Source of the DNA: Paludibacter sp.
GTDB taxonomy: Bacteria; Bacteroidota; Bacteroidia; Bacteroidales; Paludibacteraceae
Length of the DNA stretch: 64,000 nt
Reading direction: 5' to 3'
Assembly: GCA_019163375.1 (NCBI GenBank)
Contig: JAFLKK010000001.1
Coordinates: 294,638 to 358,637, forward strand
Of the stretch, positions 39,189 through 46,845 are shown piece after piece (position 1 is the stretch's first letter; each line of letters starts with the position of its first letter). The position numbers were made by a program, and so were the translations under genes. Below the pieces are notes generated by a model, which saw only the letters and a program-made list of their open reading frames with translations, was not told the DNA's origin and did not search any database.

Positions 39189-39725
39189 TTATAACATTGA
39201 TTTTGCTTGCTCCAGATATGTATATAGCGTTATTAAATCTTCGATATTAAGCCATACATAGCTTTTGCTATCGAATTTTTCTAATTTTAAATAGGTAGAC
39301 CAAGTACCTTTGCTAGTGAAACAGCCACCCTCAAAACCTCCACGACTGCGATAATTTACTTCAGTATAATTTGTGGGTGTTGTTGGGAAAATTTTATCTT
39401 GCATCAGTTTTATGGATTTCATTAAACCAGTAACTTCGTCTGGGTCGAGAAGTGCTGCTTTTGTGTCGGTAGAGTAACTTGAAACATATTCGTATTCAAA
39501 TTTTAAAGCAGATTGTTTTGTACTTGAAATTAAATCAGTGAAATATACAACTTGAATTTTGCACTTTTTTAAGGTGCCAATTTCAATAAATTCTTTTTGC
39601 ATAAGTGCTCCTGCTTTTGCTGAGAAAACTTCTGCATTACTAAGTTCTTTATCTTTGACTGGAGTTTGTGCATTTAGACCTATGCACAACAATGTGATTA
39701 GAAATGAATAAATAATTTTTTTCAT
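39189..39725 (-). CDS. secreted protein of unknown function
   Basis: 178 aa with signal peptide MKKIIYSFLITLLCIGLNAQ. No recognisable domain. Confidence 0.6.
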   Translation of the reverse strand: MKKIIYSFLITLLCIGLNAQTPVKDKELSNAEVFSAKAGALMQKEFIEIGTLKKCKIQVVYFTDLISSTKQSALKFEYEYVSSYSTDTKAALLDPDEVTGLMKSIKLMQDKIFPTTPTNYTEVNYRSRGGFEGGCFTSKGTWSTYLKLEKFDSKSYVWLNIEDLITLYTYLEQAKSML

Positions 39726-39796
39726 GCTGTTACTTTTTTAGAATGATTTATTAGTTAGATAAATAAAGCACAAAGTAACGTTAGTAAATTGACAAC

Positions 39797-40708
39797 TTAT
39801 GACAATGAAAATTTATTTTTCATTTTATTTAAAATTTCTGCAATGTGTTGCTCAAATTCTTGTGAATCAATTATTTCAATATCGTCTAATAATCCCATTA
39901 CAAAGCGACCTACACCATCATAAGAGCAAACATCGATATCGAGTAACCATTCATTATTTGGGAGTTTCTGGAGGTGTTTTGTGGCTAGTGGAAATTCTTC
40001 AATAAGGAGGTTTGCGGAACGTAAACCGAGTTTTAATTTAACGTGTTTCATTTCGCAGCTGTTCATCCTGAAAATATCAATACAACCGGACTGGTGATTT
40101 TCTTCGTGTTTCCAGTTTTCTGGTAATACTTCGACTGAACCAATGCGTGAAACCTTGAAAAGTTTATTCGTGTTTTCTTCGGGACAATAACACCATACCT
40201 GTACATAGTTGGTTGTGAATGCGTAGGCTTCTACATGACGGTCACGTATATCGTTGCCGTGTGCTGAAGAGTAATTGCGAAGGATTACTGGACGTTTGTT
40301 TTCTATTGCTTCAACCAACTGTTGTACATTCTTACCATTTTTGCCACTTACAATGGTTTCGGCAAGTATGTTGTAGTTATAAACGGTATAGAGTTTCTTT
40401 TTGAGGTTTTGTTTGAGTAGGTTGTTTTCGTCGATATTCTCAATGGCAGATTTGAGAATAAAAGCTTCTTCTTCGGTAAAGTGAATTAATTCACTTATGT
40501 CTTTAAAATAAGGCGAAGATTTATCGAGCTTTATGTAATTATCCACTTTTTTAATGACAAAACCTGCTTCCCTGAATGTATCGATATAGCGATAAACGGA
40601 ACGTTGTGAAATTGAGAGCTTAGCTGCAATTTCGTCAACGTTTAATGAATTGTTTGCTGTAAGCAATTTCATTAAACGTAAAAGGCGTTCAAGTTTTGGC
40701 TGATCCAT
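39797..40708 (-). CDS. WYL-domain transcriptional regulator (HTH + WYL)
   Basis: 303 aa. N-terminal HTH LSISQRSVYRYIDTFREAGFVI, and a central segment RHVEAYAFTTNYVQVWCYC consistent with a WYL domain. Confidence 0.75.
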   Translation of the reverse strand: MDQPKLERLLRLMKLLTANNSLNVDEIAAKLSISQRSVYRYIDTFREAGFVIKKVDNYIKLDKSSPYFKDISELIHFTEEEAFILKSAIENIDENNLLKQNLKKKLYTVYNYNILAETIVSGKNGKNVQQLVEAIENKRPVILRNYSSAHGNDIRDRHVEAYAFTTNYVQVWCYCPEENTNKLFKVSRIGSVEVLPENWKHEENHQSGCIDIFRMNSCEMKHVKLKLGLRSANLLIEEFPLATKHLQKLPNNEWLLDIDVCSYDGVGRFVMGLLDDIEIIDSQEFEQHIAEILNKMKNKFSLS

Positions 40709-40796
40709 GAATAGTTTTTTTATTTTTTTTAAATTAACATTTTGGCTATTATCGCATTATACGATATAAAAAATGCTAGCCTTCCTGAAAAGTCAG

Positions 40797-41552
40797 CTAA
40801 TTTAACAAACGTCTAATATCAAACACCAACTTATGCACCCACACACTGTAACGCTGTTTTCGTTTTACCCATTTTTCTAACTTGCCAATAAATTCAGTTA
40901 CAGCAGGACGGTAATTGTCAATTTCAGTTTGTTTCCATTGCTCCACCAAATTACTCGAAATACGGTATAATTCAGGATCTAGTTTGCGTAATTTTACTTT
41001 TGCTGACGAATAATCCAAATCCGGATTTGGGTCGCATAAAACAGCAAATAACTTACCTAAATGTGTATCTAAACATGAATAGCTAAGATTTTGATATAAA
41101 AACTCTAAACTTGATAATTCTGCTTCCGTACATTTATGTGCATTATAATCAATAGTAAACTTTGTTTTATCAAATCCTAATTCAAGATATAAATCATAGA
41201 ACCTGATATGTTGCAATACATTTCCAATATGATCGCCTAATTCTGTTTTCAATAACACTGACAATACCGGACTATCTGCCATATAAATTTTCAGGCAACC
41301 ATTGATATAACACCCATTCATGCTCATTTGGGCATGTAACAGTTCGTGAGCAAACGAATCTTTGCAAAGATTCTGAAAATCAATATATATTATTGCTTCC
41401 TCGTCAAGTGTAAAACAACCATAATTACCATCCTTAGTTTGTTCAATTGATACCGTAAAATGTGCATTAATTTCCTGCCAAAGTTTTTGGCTTCGGGAGT
41501 CGATTAAGTTGTTGATTATTTCAGAGTTGTTCATAATAGTATGCTCCATCAA
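40797..41552 (-). CDS. hypothetical protein with an HExxH zinc-metallopeptidase-like motif
   Basis: 251 aa. The single FAHELLHAQM motif is the only functional clue. Confidence 0.55.
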   Translation of the reverse strand: MMEHTIMNNSEIINNLIDSRSQKLWQEINAHFTVSIEQTKDGNYGCFTLDEEAIIYIDFQNLCKDSFAHELLHAQMSMNGCYINGCLKIYMADSPVLSVLLKTELGDHIGNVLQHIRFYDLYLELGFDKTKFTIDYNAHKCTEAELSSLEFLYQNLSYSCLDTHLGKLFAVLCDPNPDLDYSSAKVKLRKLDPELYRISSNLVEQWKQTEIDNYRPAVTEFIGKLEKWVKRKQRYSVWVHKLVFDIRRLLN

Positions 41553-41594
41553 AACCTGCTGATTGTTAGCTAATTCTCGATAAACAAACGATAG

Positions 41595-42623
41595 TTATTC
41601 AAGATTTGGCTTATCGCCAGTCTTAATAATTGATATGTTATTTAATTTTACATTACCTTTTTGTGGGCTTGCATTATCGGCATACACTATCCATGTAATT
41701 TCGCATTCAACTGATTTATAATTAGCGTCCAATTTTATCTTTTCTGATCTGCCTCTTAAACCGGGTAATACGGGGTCGAAACGTGAAGGACCATATTCAG
41801 GAACGCTTTGTAAACCTGCATTTTTAAATCCTACAATATCTCTGAAAGTATTCTCTCCATAAAATTCAACCCATCCTTCATTCGGTTTGTTAAGATATTT
41901 TACAGCGTCTGAATCACAAATTATTTCAGGTAGTTGTACAAAATAATTGATATAATTGGCAAAAGTCTTGCCGTTATTCACCGGAAAAACTTTTAATGTA
42001 TAAATTGTAATATACTTTTTGGGAGGATCTACAGCTTCTTTACTCAACGAAAATGGCTTATATTGAGGAAAAATTGAGTTTTTACCTTCTTCATAAGTAT
42101 ATTCTTCAATCTCAAAATTCAGTCCAATTACCGGATATTTCAATCGATTCATTATATCTTTAATTTCATAGTCGAGCATGGGAACTACCTCGAAATTATA
42201 TCTCTTATAGTATTTGAATTCTTTTGTATTTTGGTGTGCTGTTGAACTTTGTGGAACCTCAACGACATAAACTACTTCATCAACTTGTTCTAAAGCAATA
42301 GGGTAAATCCGTAGACCATCAATTTTGGGGCTTATTCCGTTCGAAATCACCTGATCCAGCCATTCTTTTGAAATTACGGAACGTTTCACCGGTGTTATTT
42401 TCTCCGGCAAATGTTTATTTTCTCCAGAACCAAACTCTTTTATACCATAAATGATTACTCCACCAGCAGAATTTGCCATAGCACTTACGTCCTTAGCAAT
42501 TTCTTTTTTATAATGCTCAGTGTTCTGGAGGGCATCAGCCGACTTATATTCATGATGTATGCTTTCTTCAACACCATCTGAAATAAGGGTTTCCAGATCT
42601 TTTAAACTTTTTGGGACTATCAT
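41595..42623 (-). CDS. AlbA_2 (Schlafen-like, divergent AAA) domain protein with an uncharacterised C-terminal half
   Basis: 342 aa. EESIHHEYKSADAL...IAKDVSAMANSAGGVIIYGIKE fits the AlbA_2 pattern (E.K ... AfaN..GG.i.iG). 4-nt ATGA overlap with the upstream ORF6N gene. Confidence 0.65.
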   Translation of the reverse strand: MIVPKSLKDLETLISDGVEESIHHEYKSADALQNTEHYKKEIAKDVSAMANSAGGVIIYGIKEFGSGENKHLPEKITPVKRSVISKEWLDQVISNGISPKIDGLRIYPIALEQVDEVVYVVEVPQSSTAHQNTKEFKYYKRYNFEVVPMLDYEIKDIMNRLKYPVIGLNFEIEEYTYEEGKNSIFPQYKPFSLSKEAVDPPKKYITIYTLKVFPVNNGKTFANYINYFVQLPEIICDSDAVKYLNKPNEGWVEFYGENTFRDIVGFKNAGLQSVPEYGPSRFDPVLPGLRGRSEKIKLDANYKSVECEITWIVYADNASPQKGNVKLNNISIIKTGDKPNLE

Positions 42624-43180
42624 TCCTTTATTCCTTTCCTTAAAATGAGTTGTTCGGCATCCGGAGTTGAAACTGACATTAACTGCCGTAATGCCTCAAA
42701 AACTTCTTTGAATTGACTATCGTATTTAGTTTCCAGAACTGATAATTTTTGGGAGAGTTCGTGATTGGAGGAAACAATTTCGCGTATTTTTACAAATACC
42801 CTGACTACCTGTAGGCTTGCAGAAATGGCTTGGGCGGTATTCAACACACTTGCCAGCATTAATGCGCCATGTTCGGTAAAGACAAAGGGAAGTTTACGAC
42901 GACCACCTCTGTTTGATATCGCATTTTGCGACATCAAATCTTCTCCCACGTTTGATATCGCATTTTGCGACATCAAATCTGCCCATTCCTGTTTACTCAG
43001 TTGAAACATAAAATCGGCAGGAAAGCGAAGCTGATTGCGTTTTACCTGTTCATTGAGCCTACTGGTAGTTACCCCATAAATCTTACCCAAATCCGAATCG
43101 AACATTACTTTTTTTCCACGAATAGAATATACAAGATTTTGTATGTCTGATTCAGTTGCTGCAATTAATCCATTTTCCAT
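42620..43180 (-). CDS. ORF6N (KilA-N-related) DNA-binding domain protein
   Basis: 186 aa. IRGKKVMFDSDLGKIYGVTTSRLNEQVKRNQLRFPADFMFQLS...RGGRRKLPFVFTEHGALMLASVLN is the typical ORF6N pattern. Contains an in-frame 13-aa tandem duplication. Confidence 0.8.
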   Translation of the reverse strand: MENGLIAATESDIQNLVYSIRGKKVMFDSDLGKIYGVTTSRLNEQVKRNQLRFPADFMFQLSKQEWADLMSQNAISNVGEDLMSQNAISNRGGRRKLPFVFTEHGALMLASVLNTAQAISASLQVVRVFVKIREIVSSNHELSQKLSVLETKYDSQFKEVFEALRQLMSVSTPDAEQLILRKGIKE

Positions 43181-43235
43181 TTGTCTTAATCCTTGATTCT
43201 TTAATTATTTTACTTTTCGCAATCTAACAATTTTC

Positions 43236-43370
43236 TTAAATATCTATTGCAACATACTCCTTTTCACTCAGCCAAAAATCTGGACATACCACCAGCACTT
43301 CGGCATACGTTAAGTCGTAGAGCTTGAAAGCCATTTCATCTATTTTTTGCTCTAAAGCGGTAATGTTAGA
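43236..43370 (-). pseudogene. relic 3' end of an Eco57I/TaqI-C-type restriction-modification gene
   Basis: Own translation gives SNITALEQKIDEMAFKLYDLTYAEVLVVCPDFWLSEKEYVAIDI*. The IDxxxYxLYxLTxxE tail is characteristic of type IIG/BREX-type MTase C-termini. There is no upstream coding body. Confidence 0.5.
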
Positions 43371-43375
43371 TTTTT

Positions 43376-44593
43376 TTATCTTTCCAATATTTTCCCCAAG
43401 TGATATTCTGCCAATTGGTTTTCACCATCGTAGGTGGTATCTGTTATTTCTACCAAAGCAGTTTGTCTGTCTTTGCTGTAGCCGACATAAAATCGAATAA
43501 GGTCATATTTAGTGAGATAACGTTTTCCGTCCTCATTACTAACCCAAGTGTATTTTCCTAATTGTGCTTGCTTTAGTTGGCGATATTCAACGTCCTTTCT
43601 ACCGGCAAGTATTTCATCTAACCATACTTGTTTGATAATGAGTGTCAATACTTTTAATCCGGTGGTGTCAAATTTCTCTTTTGAGTTTTCTTTTTCCGGT
43701 AATTGTTCCAACGTAAATAACGAAGGATTGTATTTGTAATGAATAATGCTTCCATCAATTATTCTGTTTATTACGCTTTCAATAATACCCAAAGGTGCAA
43801 CATACCATTCACGAGCCGCAAAACGAGCACCCATAGCATCAACTAATTGCATTCTGAACTGAACTGCACTAAAAAATGAATGAATGAGTGCTTCAAATTT
43901 CTGGGTGTTCATATTAAAGGTTTTCCATGTTGCCACAATATCCACATTATCCATCAAGTAGGTAGTGTCATTTTTGGCGTTAGCAATTCGTGTTTCAACG
44001 GGAGTAGTGGAAAATCCTATTTTATATAAGTCGTTTTGACCGCTAATTTGCGGATTTGAAGAAAGTGAGCGTAATACATATATCCAACCGTCCTGAATAT
44101 CGTCAACAGTTACTTCAAACTTGGAATCAAAAACAGTGTCGTTAGTATCAATACTTTCAGTAACAAAATAGCCTTCTGAAGTTAATGATCTCCTTAATGT
44201 ATCGAGAAATATATCTGATTCAGTGCCGTTTTCATAAATACAACGTGTTCGGGCATCTTTCTTTTTCCTTTTAGTTTTTTCTACTAAGTCATCAACATAA
44301 TCCAAGAAAAGTACAACACCACCGATTACGTAATAATTGCCAGCTTTCAACGCATTTGCATTAAACTTCTTAATGCTTCTTTTCCCTGTTTTGAGTTCAA
44401 CATGCACCTTTTTAAAACCACCTTCGTAATCAGAAAAATTGGCACACTGAACGCGACGAGCCACATAGTCAGGCTTGTCTTTTTCCAACGTTTTTAAATT
44501 TTCAGGGACATTAAACAGGCTCAAATCCTCTTTTCCAATATCATTCAGTAAAGGGTCGTTGAAGAGTTCTTCTAATTCTTTATCAATTGGCAT
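43376..44593 (-). CDS. T5orf172 (GIY-YIG-like) domain protein with a C-terminal ASCH/PUA-like domain
   Basis: 405 aa. DLYKIGFSTTPVETRIANAKNDTTYL...FEALIHSFF fits T5orf172. The C-terminus LKVLTLIIKQVWLDEILAGRKDVEYRQ...IRFYVGY fits ASCH. Confidence 0.7.
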   Translation of the reverse strand: MPIDKELEELFNDPLLNDIGKEDLSLFNVPENLKTLEKDKPDYVARRVQCANFSDYEGGFKKVHVELKTGKRSIKKFNANALKAGNYYVIGGVVLFLDYVDDLVEKTKRKKKDARTRCIYENGTESDIFLDTLRRSLTSEGYFVTESIDTNDTVFDSKFEVTVDDIQDGWIYVLRSLSSNPQISGQNDLYKIGFSTTPVETRIANAKNDTTYLMDNVDIVATWKTFNMNTQKFEALIHSFFSAVQFRMQLVDAMGARFAAREWYVAPLGIIESVINRIIDGSIIHYKYNPSLFTLEQLPEKENSKEKFDTTGLKVLTLIIKQVWLDEILAGRKDVEYRQLKQAQLGKYTWVSNEDGKRYLTKYDLIRFYVGYSKDRQTALVEITDTTYDGENQLAEYHLGKILER

Positions 44594-44597
44594 GTTT

Positions 44598-44879
44598 TCA
44601 ATAGTATAAGAGGTTGGCTGTATCGTAGTCTTTTAGAAAAGCACTTCTTTCTTCGTCTGAACGAATACTTAATAAACGTCTGTAAAGTTTACGCTCACTG
44701 AAATCTGCACCTTCTTCTTTTGGTTCACATCCATTTGTCAATACCCAATCACATATTTCCAAAAACGATTCAACTAATCTATCATCGCTTGTTATCCTTG
44801 GAGCAAATGGTCTGACATCTGACAATATGGGATCATTGAAAAGTTCTATTAAATCTTCTGCCCAACTCATAGTTTTCAA
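44598..44879 (-). CDS. 93-aa protein sharing the ELFNDP(I/L)L N-terminal motif with the downstream T5orf172 protein
   Basis: 4-nt overlap with the helicase stop and a 4-nt gap to the next gene. LIELFNDPILSDV here compares with LEELFNDPLLNDI in the 405-aa protein. Confidence 0.6.
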   Translation of the reverse strand: MKTMSWAEDLIELFNDPILSDVRPFAPRITSDDRLVESFLEICDWVLTNGCEPKEEGADFSERKLYRRLLSIRSDEERSAFLKDYDTANLLYY

Positions 44880-46840
44880 TTTTGTTTAGATTGACTTAAC
44901 CCGCTCAAATATCTGCGTTTTTCATTACTTATAATGGTGTATGCCTGTTCTAATTTTCGTATTTGGGGTGAAGCATTATCCTTTGTTGGCAATACGTTAT
45001 TGTTGCTTGCAAGATATTCTTTTAATGGACCTTTGAATAGTATTTTTGCTTCATCGAGTGTCATATCGTATTTCTGCTCGGCAATAGTGTCCTGAATAAT
45101 TTTAAGAATAGGAGCTGAAACACTTTTGGACATAATCTCATAAGCCCGCTGGAACGGATTGATACTGTCTATAAGAGTAATATTTAAATCGTCGATATTG
45201 ATAAAACGATTTGTTAGCTTTAATAAACGGTTGCCTTCACTTTCGACAATATCGTTACCTTTTATAATGGTATCAAGGATAGCACGTTGCCGAACTTCTT
45301 CTACTTCTCCCTCAGATAAATCGGGATATTTTTCACGTATGATTTTTGGTATTAATACCTGATTGATAACTTCCGGTGGAGTGTTACCATCGAGCGCACG
45401 AACAATCATATTATTTTGAAGAATGGTAGCCTTTAGGTCGTCCAATTGTTCCGAAACAATCTGTGCGACTTTAGCCGAAGAAAGGGGTTTTAATCCTTCT
45501 ACAAATAATTCTCTTGCTCCGGTTGGTTTCTCAAATGGATCTTTTCGCGTTTTGAAATTCCAAGAGGGTGACATTACTTGTTCCATAAGTAATGAAGCCA
45601 CAATGGCTTTCAACATATCGTTAACTGATTTTGCCACATCATCCTGCTTAGCATCGGGCGCAGCTATCAGGTTGGTGAACTGTGCATGTTCTTTGCCCTC
45701 ACAATCGCGTGTACACCGACCGATAATCTGTACTACTTCAGTAAGAGAGCCGCGAACACCAATAGTAATACAACGCTCACACCATTGCCAATCGAAACCC
45801 TCCTTGGCTGTACCAAGTGCAATAATTACATCTACATGTTCTTTACGGCTCATACGTTGCAAATAGCCTTGCAATATGGTACGCTCTTTTGGATTATCTT
45901 CCACCAAATCAGCGAAGTATAGTATTTTGCCATCAGGGGTAACTACCGGTGTAATGCCCGTATCGTAGTTTTTATCACCCTTTACACCATAGAGGTTCAT
46001 AATATCTTCTACTTCGGTGTGTTTTCCTGTGCCTGAAGCAGCTCTCGAATTTACCGAAGGAATATGTATTAATGTTTTCTTAGTAGGATCTAAAAGTGGC
46101 TTTATGCCTGACAAATAATTGCCATTGGAATAAAAGTGATAGCCTAAACCCAATGTTTTAAGGTGTTTGTAACCATTGAGTTGCTGGTAATAATTATAGG
46201 TAACAGGATAAAACCGCCTTTCGTCTTCGGGACGCAGCACAAAATCGCCATCACCACGAAAATAGGAACCAGTCATAGCAATAATATGAGCCGAAGTTTC
46301 GGTCATAATTTCGCGAACGATATTACCTAAACCGCTATCTGCTGAAGCCGAAGCATGATGAAACTCATCAATGGCGAGCAAACAATCATTAAACACGTCG
46401 TTACTGAGTTCTTTCATGGCATTGCGTAACGTTGCGTGTGTACAAACAAGTTTGTTTGCGCTCCTCTGAATGAAAAACTCTTTGAAACGACCAATTTTAT
46501 CGCGCTCGTTTTCTGTGTCACAAAGATTGAAATACTGTGTGACTTCCCAGTCGTAAAGAAAACCTTGTTTTTTGAGATTCGTGTTTTGAAAAGAACGACC
46601 GATTGTTTTTTCGGGAACAACAACTATTACTTTGTTGATACTTTGATTGGCAAGTTTGTAAAGTGCAACATACATTAATGCTCTTGACTTGCCGGAAGCA
46701 GGAGGTGCTTTTACTAAAAGGTATTGTTCGTCGCGAGCTTTATATACTTTTGCTTGCATTTCGCGCATACCTAATTCGTCTGTGTTCGACGAATTACCAG
46801 TTTGCTCGTATTTAATTTCAACAATGTTGTTTGATTCCAT
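44876..46840 (-). CDS. SF2 DEAD/DEAH-box helicase (type III restriction Res-like ATPase)
   Basis: 654 aa. Walker A PPASGKSR, DEFH box, QIIGRCTR (motif VI), and a ~200-aa C-terminal extension. Confidence 0.85.
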   Translation of the reverse strand: MESNNIVEIKYEQTGNSSNTDELGMREMQAKVYKARDEQYLLVKAPPASGKSRALMYVALYKLANQSINKVIVVVPEKTIGRSFQNTNLKKQGFLYDWEVTQYFNLCDTENERDKIGRFKEFFIQRSANKLVCTHATLRNAMKELSNDVFNDCLLAIDEFHHASASADSGLGNIVREIMTETSAHIIAMTGSYFRGDGDFVLRPEDERRFYPVTYNYYQQLNGYKHLKTLGLGYHFYSNGNYLSGIKPLLDPTKKTLIHIPSVNSRAASGTGKHTEVEDIMNLYGVKGDKNYDTGITPVVTPDGKILYFADLVEDNPKERTILQGYLQRMSRKEHVDVIIALGTAKEGFDWQWCERCITIGVRGSLTEVVQIIGRCTRDCEGKEHAQFTNLIAAPDAKQDDVAKSVNDMLKAIVASLLMEQVMSPSWNFKTRKDPFEKPTGARELFVEGLKPLSSAKVAQIVSEQLDDLKATILQNNMIVRALDGNTPPEVINQVLIPKIIREKYPDLSEGEVEEVRQRAILDTIIKGNDIVESEGNRLLKLTNRFINIDDLNITLIDSINPFQRAYEIMSKSVSAPILKIIQDTIAEQKYDMTLDEAKILFKGPLKEYLASNNNVLPTKDNASPQIRKLEQAYTIISNEKRRYLSGLSQSKQN

Positions 46841-46845
46841 AATTT

